64,000 bases of DNA from an uncultured Candidatus Saccharibacteria bacterium (lineage in GTDB: Bacteria; Patescibacteriota; UBA1384; 2-12-FULL-50-11), in contig CAZRED010000002.1 in assembly GCA_964599405.1 (NCBI GenBank), positions 44,198-108,197 of the forward strand, given 5' to 3'. The notes under the pieces were generated by a model. That model did not search any database. It was not told where the DNA came from and was given only the letters and a program-made list of their open reading frames with translations. Each line of letters starts with the position of its first letter. Position 1 is the first letter of the stretch. Position numbers and translations under genes: made by a program. This document shows positions 1 through 10,051 of this stretch, piece by piece.

Positions 1-378
1 ATGTTTATATTCTCGCTATTTTTCAGCCTAGCAGTGCTCGTTATTTACTGGCTTAACCGTGGCGAGGGCGTTGGAGTAGCCCGGACTGCCGCCTTTACGG
101 CGCTGGTAGTGTTGGAGCTGGCGCGAATATACATGATCCGCTTCCGCTACCGACTGCCGTTCTTCTCGAATCCTTATCTGATATTTTCGGTCCTGGGGTC
201 GCTCGCTCTTCAGCTGGCGATTTTGACACTGCCGATTCTGCGGGAGATTTTTGAACTGGAAGCGCTTTCCAGAGAACAGTGGCTGCCAATCATTGTTGTG
301 GCGGCCGGATTTTTAACTATTCCAATAATTCTTGCCCGTCCCCGCCGTTCGGTGACGAACGGTAGCGGGATGGTGTAG
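1..378 (+). CDS. Cation-transporting P-type ATPase, C-terminal TM segment (5'-truncated by window edge)
   Basis: ARTAAFTALVVLEL...FFSNPYL...LQLAIL...LREIFEL matches the C-terminal helices of P2-type ATPases. Confidence 0.8.
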   Translation: MFIFSLFFSLAVLVIYWLNRGEGVGVARTAAFTALVVLELARIYMIRFRYRLPFFSNPYLIFSVLGSLALQLAILTLPILREIFELEALSREQWLPIIVVAAGFLTIPIILARPRRSVTNGSGMV

Positions 379-399
379 GATATTAGATATGGGTGGGGT

Positions 400-1224
400 A
401 TGCAGCTGTTAGATTTTTTCTTGCCATCGGCATTAGCGAAAGGGGAGCAAGTTGGCTCAATTTTCGAAAGCGTCAAAAGGCTCGATCAACTTGTTGTTGA
501 AAGCTCGCTCCAAGCCGTCTATGTGGCGGCGATTGCGCTAGCGATCTTGCTGTTTATTGCCATTATTTTACGTAACCCCAGCGAGTCGTCCAAACGGGTA
601 CTTTTCTGGTCAATCGCCAGTATTATCGTTATTACCACCGGCTTACTAATTGGCATGACCGCCTATTTAAATCAAGCTTCCGTCACCAAGGGGCCGGTTC
701 ATTGGCACGCCGACTTTGAAATCTGGGCCTGTGGCACCAAGCAGGATTTGAAAGATCCGGAAGGAATCGCCAATAAAATCGGCACCCCGACACTGCACGA
801 ACACGGCGATCTGCGCATCCACGTCGAGGGAGTGGTGGTGGACTACCCAGATGTCAATTTGGGAGCGTTCTTTCGGGTCATCGGCGGCGAACTAACCGAT
901 AAAAGCTTAACGATTCCCACCAACAGCGGCACGGTTAACTATATCTCGGGACAAAAATGTCCAGGCTCTGGCCAAGCCGCCGAGTTGCAAGTTTTCGCCA
1001 TTACCGCCGACTTGCAGAATCGCACCTACAGCCAACGCCAAATTGCCAACCCCGATCAGTACCAGTTCACCCAAGACTCACGGGTACCGCCGGGAGACTG
1101 TCTGATTATTGAGTTTGCGCAACCGTCTAGCCGAACCAACCAACTCTGCCAAAGCTACGACGTGGCCAAAGTTACCGGTGAATTAACGGCTGAAGTGCCG
1201 TATCTGGAGGACGATGGGCATTGA
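400..1224 (+). CDS. Membrane-anchored His-rich hypothetical protein, possibly metal-binding
   Basis: Two TM helices, then HWHAD..C and HEHGD..HVE motifs and several Cys. Confidence 0.6.
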   Translation: MQLLDFFLPSALAKGEQVGSIFESVKRLDQLVVESSLQAVYVAAIALAILLFIAIILRNPSESSKRVLFWSIASIIVITTGLLIGMTAYLNQASVTKGPVHWHADFEIWACGTKQDLKDPEGIANKIGTPTLHEHGDLRIHVEGVVVDYPDVNLGAFFRVIGGELTDKSLTIPTNSGTVNYISGQKCPGSGQAAELQVFAITADLQNRTYSQRQIANPDQYQFTQDSRVPPGDCLIIEFAQPSSRTNQLCQSYDVAKVTGELTAEVPYLEDDGH

Positions 1225-1918
1225 CCTGCCAACACTCGGTATCGTTTTAACGGCGGCCGCCGTTGATTCGGTGAACCCCTGCGCCATTGGCGTACTAATC
1301 CTGATGGTTTCGGTTGTATTGGGCAATCAAGGCTCAATTAAGCGGTTATTACTGCTCGGCGGTTTATACATCTTTGCCGTCTTTGCCACCTATCTTATTG
1401 CTGGCCTCGGCCTAGTCTACTTTTTAGGCGCCATCCCGTTGTGGGTTACCGAATACTTGTCGATTACCGTTGGTGCCCTGGTGATTTTCGCCGGAATCCT
1501 GGAGATTAAAGATTTCTTTTGGTACGGCCGAGGCTTCTCGCTCCATATTCCGGCCGTCTTCGCCAATAAGATTAAGCAAATGTCCTCGAAAATCACCGTG
1601 CCGAGCGTTATCTTGCTCGGTGCGTTTGTCTCGGCGGTGGAGCTACCCTGTACCGGCGCGCCGTATTTAGCCATCATTTCTATCTTGTCCGTCAACTTTA
1701 ACGCCTCGGCGTTTTTGATGCTGGTGCTTTACAACATCGTCTTTGTAGCGCCGCTGATTATTATTCTGCTGCTGGTGGCGGCCGGAGTAAAAGTTAGCGC
1801 TGTTAAGCAGTGGAAGCAAGATAACAAGCACTACATGCGTTTAGCTGCCGGGGCTTTGCTGCTGGTATTGGGTTGGCTGTTAATATTAATTGCTAATGGC
1901 ACAATTAACTTTGGCTAA
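1214..1918 (+). CDS. CcdA/DsbD-like transmembrane electron transporter
   Basis: About 6 TM helices with DSVNPCA and ELPCTG Cys motifs. Confidence 0.75.
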   Translation: MGIDLPTLGIVLTAAAVDSVNPCAIGVLILMVSVVLGNQGSIKRLLLLGGLYIFAVFATYLIAGLGLVYFLGAIPLWVTEYLSITVGALVIFAGILEIKDFFWYGRGFSLHIPAVFANKIKQMSSKITVPSVILLGAFVSAVELPCTGAPYLAIISILSVNFNASAFLMLVLYNIVFVAPLIIILLLVAAGVKVSAVKQWKQDNKHYMRLAAGALLLVLGWLLILIANGTINFG

Positions 1919-1921
1919 ACG

Positions 1922-2191
1922 ATGAAGCATATTGTTAAACGGGCCGGGCACAACGAAACCTACGACCAGAAAAAAGTTTACGCCTCCGTTTATGCTGCTT
2001 GTTTGGCAGTCCGCGCCCAAGCCAGCGACGCCGAGCTAATCGCCGAGGAGGTAGTGAAAGATATTGAGAAATGGATTTCCGACAAACACCAGATTAATTC
2101 CCACCAAATTGCCCGCGAAGTAACCAGGTCGCTGCGCCTTTACAACTCCGACGCCGCTTACCTTTACGAACATCACCGGGATATTTCATGA
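1922..2191 (+). CDS. Stand-alone ATP-cone domain protein
   Basis: IVKRAG..E.YD..KV..S N-terminus typical of ATP cones; 89 aa. Confidence 0.75.
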   Translation: MKHIVKRAGHNETYDQKKVYASVYAACLAVRAQASDAELIAEEVVKDIEKWISDKHQINSHQIAREVTRSLRLYNSDAAYLYEHHRDIS

Positions 2192-2475
2192 GCACACCGA
2201 AGATCACTATCTACACCACCCACACCTGCCCGTTTTGTAAAATGGAGAAGGCTTTTTTAACGGAAAAGGGTGCCGCCTATACCGAGATCTTTGTGGACGA
2301 TGACGAAGGCAAAAAAGGCGAGATGATTAATATCTCTGGCCAAATGGGTACGCCGGTAACGCGTTTGGCCTACGACGACGGTGAACAGCGCCAGCTGGTT
2401 GGCTTCAATCAAGCCGCCCTGGCTAAGCTTGTGGCCGGCGAAAAAGTTGGTGAGCCGTTAGTCCAACCAGCTTAG
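2188..2475 (+). CDS. Glutaredoxin/NrdH-like redoxin
   Basis: IYT..TCPFC, SGQMGTPV, GFN motifs. Confidence 0.85.
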   Translation: MSTPKITIYTTHTCPFCKMEKAFLTEKGAAYTEIFVDDDEGKKGEMINISGQMGTPVTRLAYDDGEQRQLVGFNQAALAKLVAGEKVGEPLVQPA

Positions 2476-3053
2476 CTGGCTACTTCTACCCGATTACGCC
2501 CGCCCTCTTTAGCTCGGTAGAGAGCTTTGTCGGCAGCATCAATTAACGTGTTGGTATCCATTTTCTCCGTCAGTGAGGCAACGCCGAAACTGGCGGTCAC
2601 CAAAATATCTTTATCTTGGTAGTGAACTGGCTTCTCCTCGATGCTTCGACGGAGGTTTTCCGCCACCGTGGCCGCGTCGGTTTCGTTGGCCCCAAGTAAA
2701 CCGATTACTATCTCCTCGCCGCCGTAACGGCCGACGATATCGCTGCCCCGAACACCTTGACGCAACCTGTTAGCGACTTCTTTCAAAACATGGTCGCCGC
2801 CGCCGTGTCCGTGGGTGTCGTTGATGACCTTGAACTTGTCGATGTCAATAAAAATCAGCGCGAAGTTTTTTAGAATCAAGCCCTTGCGCTGCTCGGGGTT
2901 TTCCAATTGATAGCTAGTCTCGTTAACAAACGGCTCAATCCGTTCAAACAGGCCGCGGCGGTTGAGAATCCGGGTCAGTTCGTCGGTAATTAACTCTTCT
3001 TGCAGTTGGCGAACCTTCGTTTGGAGTTGCTGAATTTTTTCAAGATGGTCCAT
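2472..3053 (-). CDS. GGDEF diguanylate cyclase with N-terminal coiled coil
   Basis: DELT..LNRR, DID.FK.INDTHGH..GD, RGSD I-site, RYGGEEI, ADKALY.AK..GRN. Confidence 0.9.
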   Translation of the reverse strand: MDHLEKIQQLQTKVRQLQEELITDELTRILNRRGLFERIEPFVNETSYQLENPEQRKGLILKNFALIFIDIDKFKVINDTHGHGGGDHVLKEVANRLRQGVRGSDIVGRYGGEEIVIGLLGANETDAATVAENLRRSIEEKPVHYQDKDILVTASFGVASLTEKMDTNTLIDAADKALYRAKEGGRNRVEVAS

Positions 3054-3112
3054 AGGCTAAGTATATACCACTGGTTCGGTGCGGGGTAATTAATACCTGG
3101 CATAATGTAGTT

Positions 3113-4006
3113 ATGCCGTTAGTTATTTTTTGGTTGACACCAGTGGCTTTAGTTCTGGTTTTGGCGTTACTACTTATTCGCGTCCAACCGAAACATCGGC
3201 CGAAGCTGATCTTAGTTGAACCGCTACTACTGTTAATTAATCAGTGGCACGTTAGCCGGATTGTCGGTAATGAATCGGCCGTCCGCCGGCAGCTAGCGCT
3301 GTGGCAGGAGGGATTAGAGCTCAACCAAAGCGTTATTGAACAGCTGGCCCGTCAGATTATCAAAGCCCCTGGCGCCAAAGCTAATCCAGCAACAATTTTG
3401 GAGCAGCGCCGGCTGCCGTTTTGGGCCGAGCAACGTCTGGTGGAAACACTTGGTAAAAAAAACGCCGTTCTCTGCGGGCCGGTCGGCGAGTTGTTGGAGT
3501 ACTGTAATGTCGATGAGAACGGCGAATTAACTGGTTCGAAGCGGCAAGAATGGCAAGATTTAGCAGCGACAGCCGCTCGTAACGGTTTCATGGCCTTAGC
3601 GTTTGCAGAAACTAGTGGCAATGCCGAGTTGGCCGACAAATCCTACCAATTCATTGGTCTGGCCGTGCTGGAACCAGTTTACAACCAAGAAATGTCGCAA
3701 AAGCTCCGCTCATTAGCTGCGCAAGGCCAGCTGCGCTTTCTTTCCTTTTTGCCCATTGCCCTGCTGGAAAATATCCGGGAAAAAATCTTGCCTGCTAATG
3801 CCCCGCCCAATACTGTTTCAGGCGAGGAGTTGCAAGAAATGCCGCCGGCCGAGCAAGAAGCGGCCATTGAGCGCTCGGTTATCTACGGCGGAATTCCCAC
3901 CCGCCACCGCTACTACATTGCTCGGCAATTACAGCGCCACCACGAGCTAATTGTTGCCTCACGTTTGCCGCAAGACAGCGACATCCCGGCCGATTTACTA
4001 CTGTAA
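3113..4006 (+). CDS. Membrane-anchored degenerate P-type ATPase N/P-domain-like protein
   Basis: Ordered similarity to ATPase cytoplasmic segments (GP..ELLEYC, NGFMALAFA, FIGLAVLEP, SGEELQEM, IARQLQ) but lacks DKTGT, TGD and GDGxND. Confidence 0.55.
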   Translation: MPLVIFWLTPVALVLVLALLLIRVQPKHRPKLILVEPLLLLINQWHVSRIVGNESAVRRQLALWQEGLELNQSVIEQLARQIIKAPGAKANPATILEQRRLPFWAEQRLVETLGKKNAVLCGPVGELLEYCNVDENGELTGSKRQEWQDLAATAARNGFMALAFAETSGNAELADKSYQFIGLAVLEPVYNQEMSQKLRSLAAQGQLRFLSFLPIALLENIREKILPANAPPNTVSGEELQEMPPAEQEAAIERSVIYGGIPTRHRYYIARQLQRHHELIVASRLPQDSDIPADLLL

Positions 4007-4049
4007 AACTGGACTCGCGGCCAACGCCCCCTTCAGGTAGAATTGGGCT

Positions 4050-5279
4050 ATGCAGAAGGAATTCTTGCAACCTCTTAGTGGCTTCCGCGACTACGCTAAA
4101 CCGACGAAAGATCGGGTGCTTCGAGCTGTCCGTGAAACATTCAGGCGTTACGGCTACCAACCACTAGAGACGCCGTCGATTGAACGGCAAGAAATTCTTC
4201 TCGGTAAGCTCGGCGAAGATAGCCAAAAACAACTTTATTTGTTTGAAGATAACGGTGGCCGGAAAGTCGGGCTGCGCTACGATTTAACGGTGTCGTTAGC
4301 TCGCTACGTGGCCGGCAATTTGGGGGCATTGGCGCTGCCGTTTAAACGTTTTGAAATTGGCGACGTTTGGCGAGCCGAGCGAGCCCAAAAAGGGCGACAA
4401 CGCCAATTTACCCAAGCTGATGCGGATATTATTGGGCTGGATTCACTAGCAGCGGAAGAAGAACTGCTGCGAGTAATCGGCGACGTCGACAAAACGTTGA
4501 AATTGGGCTTGACCGTGCTGGTCAACGACCGCCGTTTAGCCCAAGCGCTACTCGAGAAAATTAACGTCCCGGCCGACAAACAGGCAGTATTTTTGCAGAT
4601 AATTGATAAAGCCAAAAAAGTTGAAGCTGGCGAGCTGGATAAAGAGTTGGGTCGGCTCGGGTTGAGCGATACTCAACTTAAACAAACACGGATGTACTTT
4701 TTGGCTGACAGTGAAGCGGATTTAGAGAAGCTGGACGTGTCGGAGACATTAAAACAACCACTAGAGCAGCTCGTAAAATTAGCCGAAGGCCTCGGCCTGA
4801 GAGCCCGGGTGGATTTGGGGATGGTTCGGGGGCTGGAGTACTATACCGGCACGATAATTGAAGCAGTTGCTGATGATTTCCCGTCCAGCTTGGTCGGTGG
4901 CGGCCGTTACGACAATCTGGTGGAGCAGTTTAACGGCCAAAAAGTACCGGCAGTCGGCATTTCTTTCGGTATTGATCGGATTGTTGACCTGCTCGATAGT
5001 CGCGCCCCTAGCGCCGAACCGGTGTTGTTTATTGTCAATCTGCCGGAAACCAAAAACGAACTAGAGCAGTGGGCCAGCGAGCTACGAGCGAGCGGAACCA
5101 ACGTCGAAATTTATCTGGATGCCAATGTGGAGATGGGCAAACAAATTAAGTACGCCTTCAAACGAGGGTTCCAAGAAGTCTATCTGCCGTTTGAGCCGGA
5201 GTGGCAGCGCGGCGAAGTCGTGGTCAAAGATTTGGAGACTGGCGATCAAAAAGCGGTAGCGCGCGCATCTTTGCAGTAA
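4050..5279 (+). CDS. hisS: Histidine--tRNA ligase
   Basis: GFRDY, LRYDLT, WRAERAQKGRQRQFTQ, RGLEYYTG, GGGRYD, FGIDR. Confidence 0.97.
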   Translation: MQKEFLQPLSGFRDYAKPTKDRVLRAVRETFRRYGYQPLETPSIERQEILLGKLGEDSQKQLYLFEDNGGRKVGLRYDLTVSLARYVAGNLGALALPFKRFEIGDVWRAERAQKGRQRQFTQADADIIGLDSLAAEEELLRVIGDVDKTLKLGLTVLVNDRRLAQALLEKINVPADKQAVFLQIIDKAKKVEAGELDKELGRLGLSDTQLKQTRMYFLADSEADLEKLDVSETLKQPLEQLVKLAEGLGLRARVDLGMVRGLEYYTGTIIEAVADDFPSSLVGGGRYDNLVEQFNGQKVPAVGISFGIDRIVDLLDSRAPSAEPVLFIVNLPETKNELEQWASELRASGTNVEIYLDANVEMGKQIKYAFKRGFQEVYLPFEPEWQRGEVVVKDLETGDQKAVARASLQ

Positions 5280-8155
5280 TGGCCGACAAAACCGACTTTC
5301 AGCAGAAATTTGCCAGTCAATTTGCCTTGGAAGAAGCGGTACTAGCCTACTGGCAGAAAAACCAAACTTTCGAAAAAACTCTCGAGCAAACCAAAAACGG
5401 CGAAGTTTTCTCCTTTTACGACGGTCCGCCGTTTATCACCGGTATTCCGCACTACGCGACCCTTTTGCCGAGCATCGCCAAGGACGTGATCCCCCGTTAT
5501 CAAACAATGAAAGGCCGCTACGTCCGGCGCATCTGGGGTTGGGATACTCACGGCTTGCCAGCCGAAAATCAGGTAGAAAAACAGCTCGGGCTGAAGACTA
5601 AAAAAGACATTGAAAAGCTCGGTGTCGATAAATTTATTGCCGCCTGCCGGCAGTACGTGGCTCAAACTTCTGATCAATGGCGTTGGTACATCGACCACAT
5701 TGGCCGCTGGGCCGAGCTGGATAAGGCCTATCGGACCGACCAGTTGAGCTATATGGAATCGGTGATATGGGCGTTCAAACAGCTCTATAACAAAGATTTA
5801 ATCTACCGCGGTCGCCGGGTGTCGCTGTACTGCACCCGCTGCGCCACGCCACTCTCGAAATTTGAAGTAACGATGGACGAAGGCAGTTATCGCGATGTCG
5901 TTGACCCAGGCGTGACGATGGCCTTTCGCTTGAAAAACGATGATGTCTACCTGTTAGCCTGGACCACCACCCCCTGGACGCTCCCGGCCAATATGGCCTT
6001 GGCGATCGATCCGAAAGCCGAATACGTCAAAGTCACAGATGGTAAAAAAAGTTATATTTTGGCGCATCAGGCGCTCGAGCGATTTCAGGACGGCAATCTC
6101 CAGGTACTCGAGCATATTCCTGGCAAGAAACTGGTTGGCGAGAGCTACGAGCCGCTCTTTAACTTTGTTCAAGAACCAACCGAGCCGGATTTCAAAATAT
6201 ACGGCGCGGATTTTGTCTCAATGGATGAGGGCACCGGTATTGTTCATATCGCTCCGGGCTTTGGCGAAGACGACACGAAATTGGGTGAAGCTAACGGTCT
6301 AACCACCCTCTTAACATTGGACGACGAGGGCCATTTTCTACCGGTTATTAAAGATTGGGCCGGAATGTTTTATCGCCAGGCCAACGAGCCAATTACGGCT
6401 AATTTGAAAGAGCGCGGGCATCTTTTCCGCGAGGAAAAAGTTACCCATTCCTATCCGCACTGCTACCGCTGCGACACGCCGCTGATCTACAAGTCGCAGG
6501 TGTCGTGGTATCTGAAAATTGATCAACTACGAGCGGATTTACTGAAGAAAAACAAAGAAATTAACTGGGTCCCCAAACATTTTGGCACGGGCCGGTTTAA
6601 ACATAATGTAGAAACGGCTCCGGACTGGTCGCTAAGTCGTACCCGCTACTGGGGGACGCCGATTCCGGTTTGGGAAACGGCGGATGGGGAGTTGTTTGTG
6701 CCGGAATCGGTGGCGGAGATCGAGAAACTTTCCGGCCAAAAAATCACCGACTTACATCGCCCGGCGATTGACGCAGTGGAGCTGAAACTGCCCAGCGGCA
6801 AGAAAGCCAAGCGAGTCAAAGAAGTGCTGGATGTTTGGTTTGAGAGTGGCTCCATGCCGTACGCTCAGGATCACTATCCGTTCGAACACGAACCAGAATT
6901 CACCAAACATCACCCGACCGACTTTATCATTGAATACACCGGCCAACTCCGCGGTTGGTTCTACTATCTCCATGTTTTGAGCAATGCCCTGTTTGGCAAA
7001 AATAGTTTTAGAAACGTGGCGGTAACTGGTGTGCTGATGGGTAACGATGGCCGGAAGATGAGTAAATCCTACGGCAATTATCCGGATCCGCGCCTAACGA
7101 TTGAAAAATACGGTGGTGAAAGCCTCCGGCTCTACTTTTTAACCAGTAAAATCATGTCCGGCGAAGATACGACGATTGCCGAGGAAGAAATTCGCGAGCA
7201 ATCCCGGTTGCTGAACGTGCTGCAGAATTCGTTTCAGTACTACATCACCTATAACCAATTCCGCCAGTCTGCGGCCAAACCAAAGCCACAGCTGTTAGAT
7301 AAATGGCTGTTAGTGCGGGCTAAGGAACTGGAGTTGGCCGTTGATGCGGGTTTGTCGGCGTTCGATTTTCAAGCTGCCGGAAAAGCCGTTCGGCCGTTCG
7401 TGGAGGATCTTTCCACTTGGTATATTCGGGCCAATCGCGATCGCTTTGTCGCCGGCGATGCGGCAGCGCTCGACACATTGGGCGAGGCACTGCGGCGTTT
7501 CGCTGTGGCGGTGGCGCCAATCTTGCCGTTTAGCGCCGAAACAATATATACAGCGCTTGCAGCGCTAGGTAATGCCAAGGAGTCGGTTCATCTGGAGAAT
7601 TTTCCGGTGACCAGCGAGCTATCCGGCGGTGAGCAAAAACTAGTTGATGATGTTGTCGAAATTCGGGAGATTTGTTCGGCCGGCAATATGTTGCGCTCGC
7701 AAGTAGGAATTTCGCTTCGTCAGCCACTGGGCAAGCTCTACATCGAGGGGAAGACCGTCGTTCAGGCCAGTAAAGACTACCAGCGCATTGTTACGGATGA
7801 GCTGAACGTCAAGGAAGTGGTTTTCGGCGCGCCGAAAAAGAAACTGGAAGAAACAAGCGTTGGCGAAGTAATGATTTATCTCGATACCGAGCTGACGGAA
7901 GAACTGAAGCAAGAAGGCCGTCTGCGCGAGCTGCTGCGCAAGCTCCAAGATGCCCGCAAAAAAGCCGGGCTCAACGTTGGTGAAAAAGTAGTATTGCGCT
8001 ACTACACCGAAGACCCAGAAATGTCAGAATTGTTCATGAAAAACACCAATGCCATCGTCGAGGCGGCCACGTTTTCCAAACTAGAATCTGTCGCTTCACC
8101 CAACGGCCTGGAAGAACTTTCCAGCGAGTCTATTAAATATTCTTTTAAAAAATAA
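5279..8155 (+). CDS. ileS: Isoleucine--tRNA ligase, type 2-like; start re-assigned to the ATG overlapping the hisS stop
   Basis: DGPPF.TG.PHYAT, GWDTHGLP, WTTTPWTL, SRTRYWGTP, KMSKS; TAATG coupling at 5277-5281. Confidence 0.96.
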   Translation: MADKTDFQQKFASQFALEEAVLAYWQKNQTFEKTLEQTKNGEVFSFYDGPPFITGIPHYATLLPSIAKDVIPRYQTMKGRYVRRIWGWDTHGLPAENQVEKQLGLKTKKDIEKLGVDKFIAACRQYVAQTSDQWRWYIDHIGRWAELDKAYRTDQLSYMESVIWAFKQLYNKDLIYRGRRVSLYCTRCATPLSKFEVTMDEGSYRDVVDPGVTMAFRLKNDDVYLLAWTTTPWTLPANMALAIDPKAEYVKVTDGKKSYILAHQALERFQDGNLQVLEHIPGKKLVGESYEPLFNFVQEPTEPDFKIYGADFVSMDEGTGIVHIAPGFGEDDTKLGEANGLTTLLTLDDEGHFLPVIKDWAGMFYRQANEPITANLKERGHLFREEKVTHSYPHCYRCDTPLIYKSQVSWYLKIDQLRADLLKKNKEINWVPKHFGTGRFKHNVETAPDWSLSRTRYWGTPIPVWETADGELFVPESVAEIEKLSGQKITDLHRPAIDAVELKLPSGKKAKRVKEVLDVWFESGSMPYAQDHYPFEHEPEFTKHHPTDFIIEYTGQLRGWFYYLHVLSNALFGKNSFRNVAVTGVLMGNDGRKMSKSYGNYPDPRLTIEKYGGESLRLYFLTSKIMSGEDTTIAEEEIREQSRLLNVLQNSFQYYITYNQFRQSAAKPKPQLLDKWLLVRAKELELAVDAGLSAFDFQAAGKAVRPFVEDLSTWYIRANRDRFVAGDAAALDTLGEALRRFAVAVAPILPFSAETIYTALAALGNAKESVHLENFPVTSELSGGEQKLVDDVVEIREICSAGNMLRSQVGISLRQPLGKLYIEGKTVVQASKDYQRIVTDELNVKEVVFGAPKKKLEETSVGEVMIYLDTELTEELKQEGRLRELLRKLQDARKKAGLNVGEKVVLRYYTEDPEMSELFMKNTNAIVEAATFSKLESVASPNGLEELSSESIKYSFKK

Positions 8156-8156
8156 A

Positions 8157-8182
8157 ATGCCCCGCCGTTTCCGGCGGGGCAT
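8157..8182. terminator. Hairpin between convergent genes
   Basis: ATGCCCCGCCG-tttc-CGGCGGGGCAT perfect 11-bp stem. Confidence 0.8.
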
Positions 8183-8186
8183 ATGA

Positions 8187-9938
8187 CTAACGGAACTTCC
8201 GTATGATCAGATTTTTTCGCTGCCCGACACCGTTACCGGTGTTAAGACCGCGCGGAGCGCGAGTATGCGGCGGCGATGGCCAGAGATTCTGATAATACTC
8301 TGTCAGCATCGTCACCGTCGTAGCTTGGTTATTAGCTCGCTCGTAGACGAGCGTGTGCTCAAGCGAACGAGCGCGCATCTCAATGGGCACTTCCCAGATT
8401 TTTAGCCCGGAATACTGATTCCGGTCAGGAACATCGCCTATCGATAGGTACGCCTCCCATCCGGCCGGCAGCACTACATCCCACTCCCGAAACTCGGGCG
8501 GGAAGAAGACTCCCGGTGGGGAATTGGGGTCGTACCAAACAACGCCAAGCCACTCACCATTCTTATTGAACGAGTCGAACGTCAACGTTTTTAACGTTAC
8601 CGTTTGCGAGGAGTAGTTGCGTATTTGGACGTCCCAAAGCCAGCCGTCCGGCCCGGCTTCCACCGGATTTGGCAAGAGCAAAACCTCAACAGCATTAGCT
8701 CCTGGCTGACCGTTGATAAAGCTGATCAAGCGACCGATGTCGCCAGACTTCTTCACCAACTCAGTGTGCCCAGCTGACCAATCAACGTGCCGAACGACAA
8801 CACCCGACGTGTTCTCTTCCAGTTGTTGACCAACTGCCGTGGCGTTGGAGAACGGAACCACCAAGTCTAGTCCACCACCGATAAGGTAGTAATTGACGTG
8901 GCCACGCTGGCCCTGGGTGTCTTTCAGCTCGTTAACGAACGCTCCGGTTGAGCGTAAGTCGTTGAGTGACGCCGTATTGAACGACAGCAGACCTCGGTAC
9001 TGCGGTTCATCACCGGGCGCGTTAAGATAGAGCCCGACAAAGAACGCAATCAGGCTACCTAAGTCGGCCAGCGGTGTTCCGAGGTGCGGCGAACAAACAA
9101 AGTAGCAGTTATCTACCGCGTAAGTTTCGCCAAGTACCTCCAGTGCGTAGCGCGTTACTAGACCACCCCACGAGTGAGCGTAAACGTCAACTACCTTGCC
9201 GCTATTGCGGTAGGGTTGAAGTTCATCGCGCAGGCGGGTGGCAGCTGCGACGCCGTCCAAGCGCCAATCATAGCTGAACGAATAGACGTTGGTGTAGCGC
9301 CCGGTTTGCATCAGTTTGCTTGCCAGAGCCGCAAAGTCGTCGTAGGAATCGGCAAAGCCATGAACAATCAAGGCGCTCCGCCCGGTGGCAAAAGCTCCCG
9401 AGCCGGCCACTTTCACCAATTCCGTTTCCTGATCGGGCGGCGGGGCAGAGGGGAAGAAAGCAATAGCAATCAGTCCCATCAGCGTTCCCGGCCCCCGACC
9501 CCGACTAAGCGACTCCTTGGGAACGGTGACGTTGATAGTTTGGCCAACTACTTCGCTATCCAGAACCTCCCAGCCAGTTTCAGTTTTAGCGACAGCGATG
9601 CTATCGCCCGCCTGAGCTGGCTTCGGAAAGCGAACCGTCAAATCCAAGGTTGGTTCTGACGATGGTTCAAGCACGATGCCAGAGCTTGATTCTACGCCAT
9701 GCTGATTGGGCACGGCGTATTGATTGGCGTTCCATTGTTCGACCACCAGTTCGGTGGCAACCGGGAATGTCCCGGCATCAACAACGATGGTGGCGTCTTC
9801 TACCTGCTGCTGAACAGCTTGGTTAGCTGGGATTTGGATAGTCACGACGGAGTTGGGGGAGATTTGGCTTCCGCCGCCTCCACCACCACATCCGTTCAAA
9901 ACGACGAGAATTGTAAATACGAGAGCGAATCTCCTCAT
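8187..9938 (-). CDS. Lipoprotein with alpha/beta-hydrolase (lipase/esterase) domain
   Basis: Lipobox LNGC plus GGGGGGS linker; IVHGF oxyanion motif, AHSWGG nucleophile elbow, SPHLGT, DLVVP, GH. Confidence 0.8.
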   Translation of the reverse strand: MRRFALVFTILVVLNGCGGGGGGSQISPNSVVTIQIPANQAVQQQVEDATIVVDAGTFPVATELVVEQWNANQYAVPNQHGVESSSGIVLEPSSEPTLDLTVRFPKPAQAGDSIAVAKTETGWEVLDSEVVGQTINVTVPKESLSRGRGPGTLMGLIAIAFFPSAPPPDQETELVKVAGSGAFATGRSALIVHGFADSYDDFAALASKLMQTGRYTNVYSFSYDWRLDGVAAATRLRDELQPYRNSGKVVDVYAHSWGGLVTRYALEVLGETYAVDNCYFVCSPHLGTPLADLGSLIAFFVGLYLNAPGDEPQYRGLLSFNTASLNDLRSTGAFVNELKDTQGQRGHVNYYLIGGGLDLVVPFSNATAVGQQLEENTSGVVVRHVDWSAGHTELVKKSGDIGRLISFINGQPGANAVEVLLLPNPVEAGPDGWLWDVQIRNYSSQTVTLKTLTFDSFNKNGEWLGVVWYDPNSPPGVFFPPEFREWDVVLPAGWEAYLSIGDVPDRNQYSGLKIWEVPIEMRARSLEHTLVYERANNQATTVTMLTEYYQNLWPSPPHTRAPRGLNTGNGVGQRKNLIIRKFR

Positions 9939-10000
9939 GGTTTTCTCCAGTTCCGTGTGTTAAGGAACGTACTAACCAGATTTTACCAATTAATAAGATA

Positions 10001-10032
10001 TAAAAAAACGGACCACATTGCTGTGGTCCGTT
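10001..10032 (-). terminator. Intrinsic terminator of the 10052-10660 gene
   Basis: AACGGACCACA-ttgc-TGTGGTCCGTT with an adjacent A-run (U-tract on minus strand). Confidence 0.8.
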
Positions 10033-10051
10033 GAATTCGGACTTTGTCGGT

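Noticed and set aside
5201-5278. Called GTG start of ileS overlapping hisS by 79 bp
   Set aside because: The ATG at 5279, coupled to the hisS stop, is more parsimonious.
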